This document shows positions 1-11,262 of a stretch of 64,000 nt of DNA, piece after piece (positions within the stretch are counted from its first letter, which is position 1; each line of letters opens with the position of its first letter). The position numbers were made by a program, and so were the translations under genes. Location of the stretch: the NCBI GenBank assembly GCA_030141605.1, contig JAQGDQ010000028.1, positions 558,001-622,000 on the forward strand, written 5' to 3'. The stretch is from Tubiluchus corallicola (lineage: Eukaryota; Animalia; Priapulida). Below the pieces are notes generated by a model. It made no database searches. It saw only the letters and a list, made by a program, of their open reading frames with translations, and was not told the origin of the DNA.

Positions 1-1207
1 TTTCATTGTTAGTATATGTAGTCCAAGTGTGCAGATTTTGTAGCGTTTTCTTATAATTGCCGTGAATTGTTTGCAACATTTGCAGTTTGTATTGTCCATA
101 CAGTATTATTCAAGTCTCGTCTAGTTATATTACTATGTACACGTGGTTAGTCTGAAATTTACCAAAACACCACACAGTCTGTACTAGTCAGTCAATTGGC
201 CTACAGCATTTTTTCTTTTAACAATATTTTTCAAACTCATTTCGTTTTCAGCAACCACCCTTGTAAGCCTCACGTTCAGGACCTTCATAATTAAAATTGC
301 GAGTGTTTACCGGTTCATTAAGAAATGATTTACAAAAGTACATCTGCTGGTCACAATTGTTTACGTTTTGCGCTGGACATTTTGATTTATTAAACATGTT
401 TCAAGAAATTATGAAAAGATATCTATAGTGCGTTCAGAAAAATAATAGGATAGGCGCACGTGATTATGGCTCTAGATTTGCCTGCACTTGATCTTAAATG
501 TAATTTTAACCATGAAGCTCCACTTCACAAGAGCTCCGCCCACATAACTAGTATTGCATAAAAATGCCTTGCTGCACGTGTACATAGTCGTTATGCGTCA
601 TAATGACACCTAAACCGTCGTCGTTTTTGTCTAACGTCATCATCTGTTATTAGTGTACATCGAAAAATTATTGTTTATTTTGCAAAATGTTTTACCAACA
701 GAAAAGGTTTCTGCTATTGTGACTGTTGAGAGTTTATACTTGCTTTGATTAAAATTGCAGTTGTTGCGTTACGTTTATCTTAACCAATATTTTATCTAAT
801 CAATATAGTATTGTCGTACTTCACTATTTATTTTTCATAATATTCATAATTATCATAATTAATTATAGCAAGTGCAAATTGCATTAAGAAAAATAAATTT
901 TGCATGGTTGAAAAACTGATTTAGCGTATCATTATGTCATTAGTTCAGCAAAGGTTAATCGACCATTAGATGCGCGTGACAGCGCGTTTGGCGTGCTTGC
1001 TTATGCAGGTATGTACCCGTGTGTGAATATCATTTGCATTAATTTGTAATTTATTTAGTAATAAATTTCTTATTCAGCGCGATCCTCATTAACATTTATG
1101 CATTACGATCACACAGCCGTTACGCCTATTGCTGTGGTTTATGTAGCATATCATTCAAAGACAACACTAAGCACTTAAACGTCTGTCAGCCATTCACAAT
1201 CGATGAT

Positions 1208-1575
1208 CACAAATGTGACATATGTCAAAAAAGAATTTGCACATCCGTAGAGGAGATAGTATGATGGGCTGTTGGGGTGAGTTGGGCTAGTTGCAAGTTT
1301 GTTGTTGCTTAGGCCAAGTTGGACGATTTCACACTTGTTTTTTCAAAACAAAAATTAAATGTATTTGTTGATAATATTAATTGCAGATCAATGTAGACTG
1401 CTTAAAGAAACGCTTTCTTTATCATCAGTGCAACAAATTGTTAAATTCAAAAAATATTTAAGAATTCTTAAGGGACAGGAATGATAGGAATTAAATGTGA
1501 TCTGTGTAACGAAAGCTTTTGCAGAAAAGAAAATTTTTCGCTACTCACAGAGGAAAGAACCCTTATAATGTAATG
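1208..1575 (+). pseudogene. Decayed C2H2 zinc-finger fragments
   Basis: 1208-1247 reads HKCDICQK/(frameshift)EFAHP*. 1490-1575 reads IKCDLCNESFCRKENF, then a shifted frame THRGKNPY that resembles the HTGEKPY linker. There is no intact ORF. Confidence 0.4.
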
Positions 1576-2372
1576 TAAAGTACCTTGTATTTATGCAGTT
1601 TTTCACTCCTGGAAGCTTGTTAATAGTATGGTCATAACACTATTCATGTTTAGAGGTTTATTATACTCTTGAAATAACAGCATGATTATGAACTTTCGTA
1701 GTAGTTTCTCTAGTAATGCTTTTAGCTTATGTTTGCAAAGTGGGTTGAAAGTGTTTTTAGAGACCGAGTACATAATCGACTTAGTGACCAACTCTACCGC
1801 TATGGTTAGGTAGTATATTTATCACAAATCATGAGACTGTAGAATACCTCTCATTTCTCAATTGTATCCATGGTTTATCACCTGAAAATATGAGCAGTCA
1901 CGTTGTTAGTCTTCTGTACAGCTTTTGATACGCTGCCTTCCTTTGTGTGCCTTGATATCGACCAAAAACTGTAGCAATAAAGCACGTATTTTTATATTGG
2001 CGTAGACCGTAACCACGAAAATCTAACAGAGTCTTCTGTTTTTTACAGCGTTTAGTGTTTGTTTTAGGTGATTTTGGTGTTTTGCATGCATCGTAAACAA
2101 TTTCAGTGATAATAGCTACAAGCGTTTCACTGTTCACGTTTATCTCTGCATGTCTTATAGACACAGGTGACGCAGTCAAAGACTTATTGTCGAACAGCAA
2201 GGAACGTTGATGACGGTAATGTGCGTTTGAACAGTGTTTCTGTTGGACACAACTTGATTACTTGACTTTAATGTGCATGACTTAATTATTTTTTGTCATA
2301 TTAATATTTGTGGAGTCAATTAAGTAAACTAAATTAAAATAAATTTGAATTTATATGACTGGAAAGGGGTCT

Positions 2373-2456
2373 TATATATATATACATATACATATACATA
2401 TATATACATATACATATACATATATACGCATACACATACATATACATATACATATA
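2373..2456. repeat. (TA)/(CATATA)n microsatellite, probably the 3' tail of the minus-strand LINE
   Basis: The repeat is directly visible. On the minus strand it follows AATAAGTAAA at the end of the LINE 3' segment. Confidence 0.85.
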
Positions 2457-2904
2457 TTTACTTATTGAGCCATTAAGGAAAGTAATTACTAAAGACAAAG
2501 AAAACTAAAGACGACTTAAAAAACATTATACATCTAAACAAAGAAACCACATATAAGTGGTATAATGGTTCAAGCACAAAAAACGCATACAATAGAGCAA
2601 CATACATATGTTTATTATAAACTTAATATTACATGTATTACACTTAGCTCAGTCAATCAAGCTTACACTGGGTTATCTCAATTGGGCCTATCTTCAAATA
2701 TTTTGTGGACTAATCTGGCATTAATTTTAATAACTTCATCTTGCGATGCATTTAAAAACACGAACTTTTCACTAGGAAACATATAATGAGAGTTAGGACA
2801 GAAATCCGAAAGAATACAAAAACATTCCTCTCTTATATGAGCGCACAATGGACATTTAGTAATTACATGAAATTAATCCTCTACTTTATTCAGACAGGTA
2901 TTGT
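2457..2904 (-). mobile_element. Non-LTR retrotransposon (LINE) ORF2 C-terminal remnant and 3' UTR; piece 3 of a split element
   Basis: The minus strand reads NTCLNKVED*FHVITKCPLCAHIRE, matching the C..EDEFH..CP CCHC motif of LINE ORF2 C-termini. It continues the piece that ends at 9503. Confidence 0.75.
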
Positions 2905-2912
2905 TCTGCAGG

Positions 2913-3415
2913 CAGGGCCTATTTCAGCCTAAGCGAGGCCCGGGGAAGTGGGGCGTGTGAGGTCCCCTTGGGGGGGGGGGCGAAGCGCCCGCCACCATGG
3001 TTGGCGCCCAGAAAATGTTTTAACTGCTAGAACGCCGGAGAAGCATTTTCGAAGAGAAAATATGAAGTTATACAGTTGTTATTAAAGGAAAGAACAATTG
3101 AAAGAAAAACTGCTTTATTCTCAAGACCAGTCCTTAATACTTGTCAAATAGTCAAATCGAAAACAACATCTTTGCAATACGTAATACCGTACTCTCATTT
3201 CCGTACAAGCAGGTGTTAGAAAGTCCGAAATTGAAAACAGCTGAACATCGCACCGAGCCACACAAGGCAAACGGCGCCCATGCGGTAAGAGAGAGGGAGA
3301 GAGGAGGCAGTATGTTCGCATAAACCAAAAAAAGTTACTTCGGCGCGAGGCCCCCCTGGAGGGTGAGGCCCCGGGGAAGTATCCCCACTTACCCCCCCCC
3401 CTTAAATAGGCCCTG
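2913..3415 (+). mobile_element. hAT-type MITE, copy 1 (503 bp)
   Basis: TIRs are CAGGGCCTATTTCA and TTAAATAGGCCCTG, with GC-rich subterminal GAGGCCC(C)GGGGAAGT motifs. It is homologous to 9257-9494. Confidence 0.85.
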
Positions 3416-3522
3416 TTCTTAATAAAAAAGGAGAGTTGTAGTGGCAGTTTGAAACAGAGCGTTTTTTGCTTTTTATTGTGGGATTTTTTATTCTTATTAT
3501 ATAACACATTACTTTCGCCTGG

Positions 3523-3590
<68 letters not shown>
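3523..3590. repeat. (TG)n microsatellite
   Basis: Directly visible. It explains the spurious HT and CV repeat ORFs. Confidence 0.97.
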
Positions 3591-4140
3591 ATGTGTGTAT
3601 ATTTAAATATATTTTGATATATGTAAACCTTCTATATGTAAACAATATCAAAATTCATGCAGTTTACATGCAGTTTTGTGCCTCTAAATATATACCTCTA
3701 AATAACTGAAATTATGCGTTTCATTGCTAAGATTTTTGTTTTACTACCGTGCCAGATTTTCGTTGAAGGATTCAGGTTGCATAAAAAAAATTGGTTATTT
3801 CCGCGCTTAACTTTAGTCCCATGAAACTCGAAAATAATTTCATTGCAATATTAGTGAAAGACCTAGAATTTTATATTTACAGGTTTGTGCAGCGTTGGAA
3901 TTTTTTTCATCACAAAAAACTTTCACTCACGAAGTTTTTTATTTTAGGAATGAAATCTTGAGCATACACTAAACTGATGAAACAATTTTATTAATTCACC
4001 TCTACAGGTTTTTTAATTTGATTGATTTGATTGATTGGTTTATCGTTCATTCCAAACTTAAAGTTCACAACCAAAATACAGTTACAACAATAAATAACCA
4101 TTCAAGAGCACACACAGAAACTCATATAAACACATTTATA

Positions 4141-4261
4141 ATGGCAAATTAATATTCTAGCAGCCAAAGTTACTTAATTGAGTAGCTTTATGAGGGCAGG
4201 TATGACAAATTAATATTCTAACGGCTAAAATTGTTTACTGAGTACTGTTATGAGAGCAGGT
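4141..4261. repeat. Diverged ~60-bp tandem duplication (2 copies)
   Basis: ATG(G/A)CAAATTAATATTCTA...TTATGAG(G/A)GCAGGT occurs twice. It sits near a (TTGA)n run at ~4016-4036, possibly a retroelement tail. Confidence 0.75.
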
Positions 4262-7200
4262 TTGTATTGGTGCTGAATTAACATGAAAAAGAACAACATA
4301 ATAATTCAAAAAATAAATTCAATTCTCGCACAGCCTGTCGACATACACAGTGAGTTGGTCGTAGGTGGTGTGCTGCCCTTTATTCTGTCTATGTAGCATA
4401 TCTTTATTTCTCATCAACTATGCCACGTCATATAGGATCTTCATTATTTTTTTATTTTATTTTTTACAACTTTATTCTTTCTTCTTTTTTTAATTAAAAA
4501 GCCGTGTCTCCAGAAATGAAAAAATGTTCAAATTATTGTTTAACGATGTTTCAAATTATTATAACATTAATAAAGTCAATATGACTGTGAGCTATAGCGA
4601 TGTTACAACGTAAGACATGTAATAATCGTTACGGCTTGCTAGGTTTCGTCTATCAACTTTAAAAAATTGATTCTTCTAATTTTTTAATCCATAGGTTATT
4701 TCCAAACATCGCGTATTCAATTTATTAGACTAAATAATGAAAACGTAATTCCATAATTCATTTCTATTTGTCGAGAAGTTTCTGAAACTTACCGAATTTT
4801 GCGAATACAATAACTTCTCATTCATCTTAATGTTAACCTTGCTATTGGTTTTACTGCTTCATATTATCCTGTATTATTCTGGTTTTGCACAGCTGTTAAG
4901 TACCATAGTATAAAATAAAATTCTGACATTGTACTTGGTCATTTGCTTGCTATCGGTGCTATTAAGCACCTGTCTATTAATATCTTGCAAATTGCTGCAA
5001 TCTCGTGAAAATCATGATTTTTTTTCTCTTACTTGTGTTTGTATTAAACTTGATAGTTTTGGTTGTAATAGTGAATAAATTTGTTGTTATTATTGTGGTG
5101 GCCACATTTTGCATGATTGTTGAGTTGTTTGGTAATGAATATTTTTTGTGTTCATGATTAAGTACTGCAGAACAGAAAGACAGACAAATGCAATTATAAT
5201 CAAAACTAAAATTAAATTAAAATTAAAACGAAATTAAAGTTTTCGATACCATCCATCGTATAAAAAATGCAAAATCTGTGGGCAAAATACTTGACTTGAT
5301 TAACTGCTAATAAGGTCATTGTTATTTGAATAAAGTGAACAAAGGCAAAAATAACAAAAAAATATCAAATTCAATTCTCTTCGTTTTCGAAGAACAGGCG
5401 TGTCGCCGGTTTGTACATTGCTCTCCACTTTTCCCGTCTGTAACACAATTTGAAACACAACATTGATGGTGTTGTACATATTAATGCATATGTTGTTAAT
5501 ATTATGCATTGTAATAAATTATTATGATAAAAATTTTAAATGAAACGTACATATAATCTTCAGCCTGCAGACCTAGGTATATATACATGTATACTCTTCG
5601 ATCGTCAAGCCAATTCGATCGTCGATCGTTTCGATTCTTTGACGGTCCTGGCCGTCCATGCACAACACATAGAGTCTCAATAGCTTGGCCTAAAATGAAA
5701 AGAAAAAAAAACTATTCACGAAGATGTGTATGAACCTATTTTAACACTATAATTTATTTAATTACTCATTTGTTTATTCACTGCCACACACGTCAAACAC
5801 AAACGCAAAAAAGAGGTTGCAATTATACAAGAACATCATAAAACCATACAAGACAGTGTTTTTGACGGACATGTTTAAGATGTGTAGATTATAGAGTATA
5901 TATAGTAAATTATCTAGCTGCTTGAATAAACCTACTAGATATCAATGTATCAGCAAACCAACCTTAACAAACTAATAAACGTAGCATCACATTATAGGCT
6001 TTACAAAATTTATGGAAAAAAATTACAAATCCGGTGAGTTCCAAAGCCTAATAATATGGATCGTATGGCGAATTAATGTTCATAGTCAGTGATCTTTGGA
6101 CCTATTTGACAAGTGGATGGGTGACAATCAGAAAATTGTTGTTCTGAGCAGTCTTAAGATCAAGTAAGAAGTTTAAATAGCAAACATGATATATGCAAAA
6201 ACAAAAACAAGATACCAGTGCGGGATCCTTCATTATAGAATCCTTCAAGGTCAAGATCCCGCAATGACTTTCTTTTCAATCTTCCACCACACCTAAATTA
6301 ATGAGCGCATAATTACACATTAATTGCTGTTAGAAACTGAAATATAAGTTCCTATTCTAATCTAACGACATTCATATGCAAACACAGACTAATATGTATG
6401 GGCATAACTACATATTACGTCTAAGGACCTTATTTCATAATAGCTTACACACACAAGTACTAGCTTGCCTTTTGTTCATTCCCGTAATGATTAGTGCACC
6501 AGCTTTCTCTGATGTATAAAACTTTCTACAGGGTGGGCGGGAAAATTTGTCACCTGAAGATGAAGCTGCCCTGACATATGTGGCTCCATGTAATGAACGT
6601 AAGAAAGCAGATTAAGAGTCTGTAACTTCATCTAAAACCTACCACTGGCCACAGTTGAAAACATTAAAAATAGAGCAGGAAAGGGAATGATGAAAACGGG
6701 AAATCTACCAGACTAATAAGGTGTGTGCAACCCATCAAACTCAGCCCAATTTTACTCCTACAGGATTAGAACTAAATGATAAAGTTCAAACAAGAACTGC
6801 AACGTCATGTCAAAATCTGAGTTATAACTCTCACTGCCTAACGAAACGATTCTACACGGTGTCATAACATCTCTCAGGATGAGTTGCACATCCACATTAT
6901 TCAATCACTTCGATTTTTAAAACAGAATTCGACTATAGGAGCATTTATCCTATTTATCCTAAAGATACCACCAGTTGGTCAATGGCTGCTTAGAATTATA
7001 ATAGTTGCTTATTAGTTCAAAACATACGCGGTTTCTTTACCCAACAGCCCGACTGGCGTCTGATTCCACCCTCCTAGGCACAGGTTTACGTTAAAAATAT
7101 AGGTCTTTGGAACGGACATACATCGGGCAAGAATCCTTTTTCATATATCAGCAGTATTTAAATATTAAAACAAATCGTGCTTCTTTTAGTTGTCGATACT

Positions 7201-7482
7201 TACCATAAATAAATCAGTATCACTGTTATAACGACTATGGCTATTCCCATAGCAGCAATGCCCAGCTTGTAGGCTGAAAAAGTAAATAATTTAACTCTTA
7301 TTATAAAATTGAAATGCTCTATTCTTACCGATAGGAGCGTCGGTAATGTACATTCAAAGTCCGCAAAAACAAAGAATGAGTCCGTTATAATTTACATCGC
7401 AAAGCGCATCAGCTGTAACAAGACTATAAGCATTAAAATTAAGAAAATCAAACTTGGATTATGAGTAATTAATAATTTTTAA

Positions 7483-8160
7483 TGAGTGAGTGAGTGAGTG
7501 AGTGAGTAGGTAAGTAGGTAAGTAAGTAAGTAGGTAAGTAACTAAGTAAGCAAGTAAGTAAATAGATGATTAGTATATGACTATTAATTTTCACAATTAT
7601 ACTATAATTATATAATTAACTACAGTGGTGGATTACGTACTTAGTTTATTAGTTTGTTTTTGGTTAGTCAGTCAGTCAGCTAAGAAGGAAGGTAGGTCGG
7701 TAAGTAGGTAGGTAGGTAGGTAGGCAGGTAGGTAGGTAGGTAGGTAGGTAGGTAGGTAGGTAGGTAGGTAGGCAGGTCGATCACTCGTTCGGTTGGTCGA
7801 TCGGTCGGCAGGTAGGTAGGTTAGGCAGGTAGCTGGCTGGGTGGGTGGGTTTTTAGGTAGGTAGGCAGGCAGGTAGGTAGGTACGTGGGTAGGTAAATAG
7901 GGAGGTAAGTAAGTAGGTAAGCAGGTCGTTATGTAGGTAGGTAGGTGAGGTGAGGTGGATCATTTGGTATATAAATAGTAGGTACCCTAATGTTAAGTAG
8001 GTAGGTAGGTAGGTAAGTAGTTAGGTAAGTAGGTTAGGTACGTAGGTAGACAGCAGGTATATAGGTGGGTAGTTAAGTAAGTTAGAGAGGTAGGTAGGTA
8101 AGCAGATAGCTAGGTAGGAAGAAAAGTATGTAATCAGGTAGGTAGATAGGTAGGTAGCTA
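7483..8160. repeat. Degenerate (TAGG)n/(TAAG)n/(TGAG)n simple-repeat tract
   Basis: Directly visible tetranucleotide tract of ~680 bp. Confidence 0.92.
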
Positions 8161-8519
8161 GTGCTCCTCTGAAAATTTTCTGCACCACTTGTACTTCTTA
8201 ACGTTTTCACTGCTCAAGTGTGCTGCCCGTTGCCCAAATGTCAGCTGCTAAGTTCACCGCGTGAGTGCCTGCTGCGCAAATTTCCACTCCCCAAGTGTTC
8301 ACTGCCCAAATGTCATTCAGCTCATATGTTTGGCTAACACTGGACTGTCATTCACTTCTCAAGTGCCAACTGGCCAAGTGTCCATTGCCTAAATGTCCAA
8401 TGTGCACATTATAACCTGACAGATCAGTAACTGATTTGTAAGTCAATAACTGTTTCGTGCATGCAGTATTCAGGTCACAAAGTTCTCTGCAAGAACAACG
8501 GTAGCTTACACGCAGCTCG

Positions 8520-9100
8520 GTCACATGAGAGGTAGGGCCCCGCAACGACACACACCGGTTATGAGGTCAAGCCAATTTTTAGAAGTGACATTTTCTGTTG
8601 ATCAGGCAAACACGTGGATTTGTCAGAGCGGAAGTAGGAAGTGAAGAACAAAAACATAATAATTAGCCATTAAGACAGTTGCCGAACTTGTTTGCGCATG
8701 TTGGAAAAACGGTGAACAATTGATATATGCGTGCAGAGTATAAAACTGTAGATTCAGGCACTCTTTCAGGGTTATTATTAGAATGAAAAAACGTACCTAA
8801 TATAATCTCCATCGCAATCCCAACCACTTAAAATAACTTTAGATACGGAGCGAAAAAAAATGCGTCTTATCTTTTCCCTACGCAGTCTAAACCTCGCAGT
8901 ATCTTGTTTTGTTGCTATGAAACCTCTCCGGGTTTACAATTATGACGCGAGATCCTAGCGAGTCTCCTGTTTACGTACACGGTGACTGACGTAGCCATCA
9001 TAACAGCTTTTATCCAAGCCCAAAGCCACACACGCGCCTACAGCATTCTGTAGAAGTTATTCCCCGCACGCTCCATGATAAGATTCGTACGTTCTCATCT
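8520..9100. promoter_or_regulatory. CpG-rich promoter-like island inside the composite element cargo
   Basis: CpG density is visibly higher than in the flanks. There is a CACGTG E-box (~8611) and tandem ETS-like GCGGAAGT/AGGAAGT (~8628-8642). Function is inferred only. Confidence 0.3.
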
Positions 9101-9256
9101 TCAATTTTTAATGTAAATTAAACAGCATTGACTTTACCAAACGTATATATATATATATATATTGATCGCACATATATTATTTTATGAGAAAGCCCAATCC
9201 GAGCAAAATGTCAGTTTTCTTTTATTTTTATTTTTGCTAACAACAGGAAATGTAAG

Positions 9257-9494
9257 CAGGGCCTATTTCAGCCCAAGCGAGGCCCGGGGAAGTGGGGTGT
9301 GTGAGGCCTCTTCGGGGCTTCAGAAAATTTTTGAACTGCTAGAACACCGGAGAAGCATTTTCGAAGAAAAATTGTGGAGTTATACAGTATGTTCGCATAA
9401 AGCAAAAAAAATTAATGTTACCTTAGCGCGAGGCCCCCCTGGAGGGTGAGGCCCCGGGGAAGTATCCCCACTTCCCCCCTTGAAATAGGCCCTG
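9257..9494 (+). mobile_element. hAT-type MITE, copy 2 (238 bp, internally deleted)
   Basis: TIRs CAGGGCCTATTTCA and TGAAATAGGCCCTG are perfect. It lacks copy-1 sequence ~3077-3311, and the deletion junction has CAGT microhomology. Confidence 0.85.
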
Positions 9495-9502
9495 TCTGCA
9501 GG

Positions 9503-10240
9503 TATTTTTTCGGCTTATGATGTCTACCGATTTCAGTTTAAGAGCACTAATACGAAATCTTGTTAAGTTAGTTTTGATATGTTTTGGAATACCAATCAAC
9601 AAATAATTTTCCATCTTATAAGAATTTTTAAAAGGCTTATACGTTCTAAGTTTGTTGCTATTTTCATTCGGTGCAGCCCGATTCAGTCTGTACCGAGATT
9701 GAAGTTTATCATCGATGACTTTGATAAATTTCTTTTTATTAAAGCCTTGCTTCTCCCAAACATGTCCAAAACCCAAATCAAACAAAACAGTTTTAAATAA
9801 ACGTAGCCCATGAAAGTCCGCCACTTTCGCTAAATAAATTTCTCGCTAAATGTCTTCAGAAAGAGCATAAGCATCCTTTGCGAAGCTATTGTCTGATGCC
9901 TCCAAGAGATGAAGCCACAAATTCGGACAATTTTTGACTGCATTACTAAACAACGGAAATTGACCTGGTTCACCTCTCACAGCACTTCGAACTGTTTTTA
10001 GAACCAACATTCAACAACAAACGACACGTTTTTAGATTAATACTTTCAGATTTCAACACAGTCATAAGATGATTCCTAATTAGATCGGTTCATTATTCTT
10101 CGAAAATTACAAGAATATGGTAACCGCACATCTGTAATATACAAACATATAGGTTTGATGACAGCATCAAAAATTCTAATTGCTACCCGTGGATTAATCA
10201 TAGGAAAATGTAGTCTGGCGCAGTACATTTCATACCTTAT
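9503..10240 (-). mobile_element. LINE ORF2 remnant (post-RT region); piece 2 of the split element
   Basis: The minus strand gives INPRVAIRIFDAVIKPICLY, GFGHVWEKQ, KLRTYKPFKNSYKMENYL and LTRFRISA/EIGRH. These are typical C-terminal motifs of CR1/L2-group ORF2. Confidence 0.85.
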
Positions 10241-10251
10241 TAATACTATCC

Positions 10252-11071
10252 AAAGGCATTAATATTTACCTATGTAGAGAAACATATACTATGTAGAGAC
10301 ACATCCTATGTAGAGAAATATATATACATCTAAAATTTCGTTCAAAAACAAAATACTTCCCTTGTGGAATCTTCTTACAAAAATATTATGTCCTCGATAC
10401 AATAATGATCGGCCTAACGAAATATTTACTAATAAATGTATTACGATTTTTTCTCAGTTAAAAGGTGAGCTTTTTATAAGAAACTTAATCGACGACCCCA
10501 AATGTAGCTGCGGTGATTTTATAGAAAGTTCTTACCATTACTTTTTCGAATGCGTAAAAAGCGATAGAGCTAGAACGGTATCATTAGACGACCTACTCGA
10601 CCACCAGATTGCAACACGTGAATCATTACAAAATTATAATCCTGTAGTATTCTACAGAAACATATTCGAAAAATTCAAAACTAGTCACCCATCTTGCTTT
10701 ATTATTCATAGTTTGTTACAGCTGTTTATTAAATCAACCTATGGTATGGCTTCACAGTACAATAGAATTTAATGTTAAATGATTAATCAGCTAACTTACT
10801 TTGTAAATGTATTTTTATTATTACTGTTGTTGTTAAAATATTGCGTTTATATAGATCATGTATGTAAGTTTAACCATCATCTGCTGATCGTAGTTGAATC
10901 AGATGTTTTATTGAATCGAGTGTAATAATTAATAGTTGTGATCTCCATTTTTCTTTTATTAGCACTCTGCACTTGCACCGTGGAGATACCTGTATCAGAC
11001 GCAGTCAGTTTTTAATTACACTATAAATAAAGAAAGTTAAACTAAACTAAACTAATAAAATTAAATTAAAC
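10252..11071 (+). mobile_element. 5'-truncated LINE inserted into the host LINE
   Basis: ORF 10362-10772 has LWN...CSCGDFIESSYHYFFEC (CCHC). It is followed by AATAAA at ~11026 and an (ACTAA/ATTAA)n tail. The 11-bp TSD TAATACTATCC lies at 10241-10251 and 11072-11082. Confidence 0.85.
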
Positions 11072-11082
11072 TAATACTATCC

Positions 11083-11262
11083 CTAAAAGAGCCCGAATTC
11101 TCGAACTCTAACCCTAAATATTTATATTTCTTTACATTTATCAGTTTCACTCCGTTAAAGTAGAAGTATTTTTTTAAATTCTACCTGTTTTATTAAAAAC
11201 AACTGCTTGAGGCTTATTTATATTTACAGTCAATGACCACTGGTTACAATATTCTGCACAAG
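11083..11262 (-). mobile_element. LINE RT C-terminal remnant; piece 1 of the split element
   Basis: The minus strand reads EYCNQWSLTVNINKPQAVVFNKTG and FYFNGVKLINVKKYKYLGLEFENSG (W.L.VN..K and Y.YLG RT motifs). Confidence 0.8.

Larger units (their letters stand above)
2913..9494 (+). mobile_element. Candidate composite (macro)transposon: two MITE copies plus ~5.8 kb cargo
   Basis: The outer 14-bp TIRs are perfect. TCTGCAGG occurs at 2905-2912 and 9495-9502. The inner flanks differ (TTCTTAAT, AATGTAAG). The host LINE reads through once the block is removed. Confidence 0.75.

Noticed and set aside
3121-3709. 176-aa and 86-aa ORFs
   Set aside because: They derive from the (TG)n repeat and MITE sequence and show no protein motif.
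7483-8160. Interstitial telomere-like tract
   Set aside because: The dominant unit is TAGG/TAAG, not TTAGGG or TTAGG, so it is an ordinary tetranucleotide repeat.
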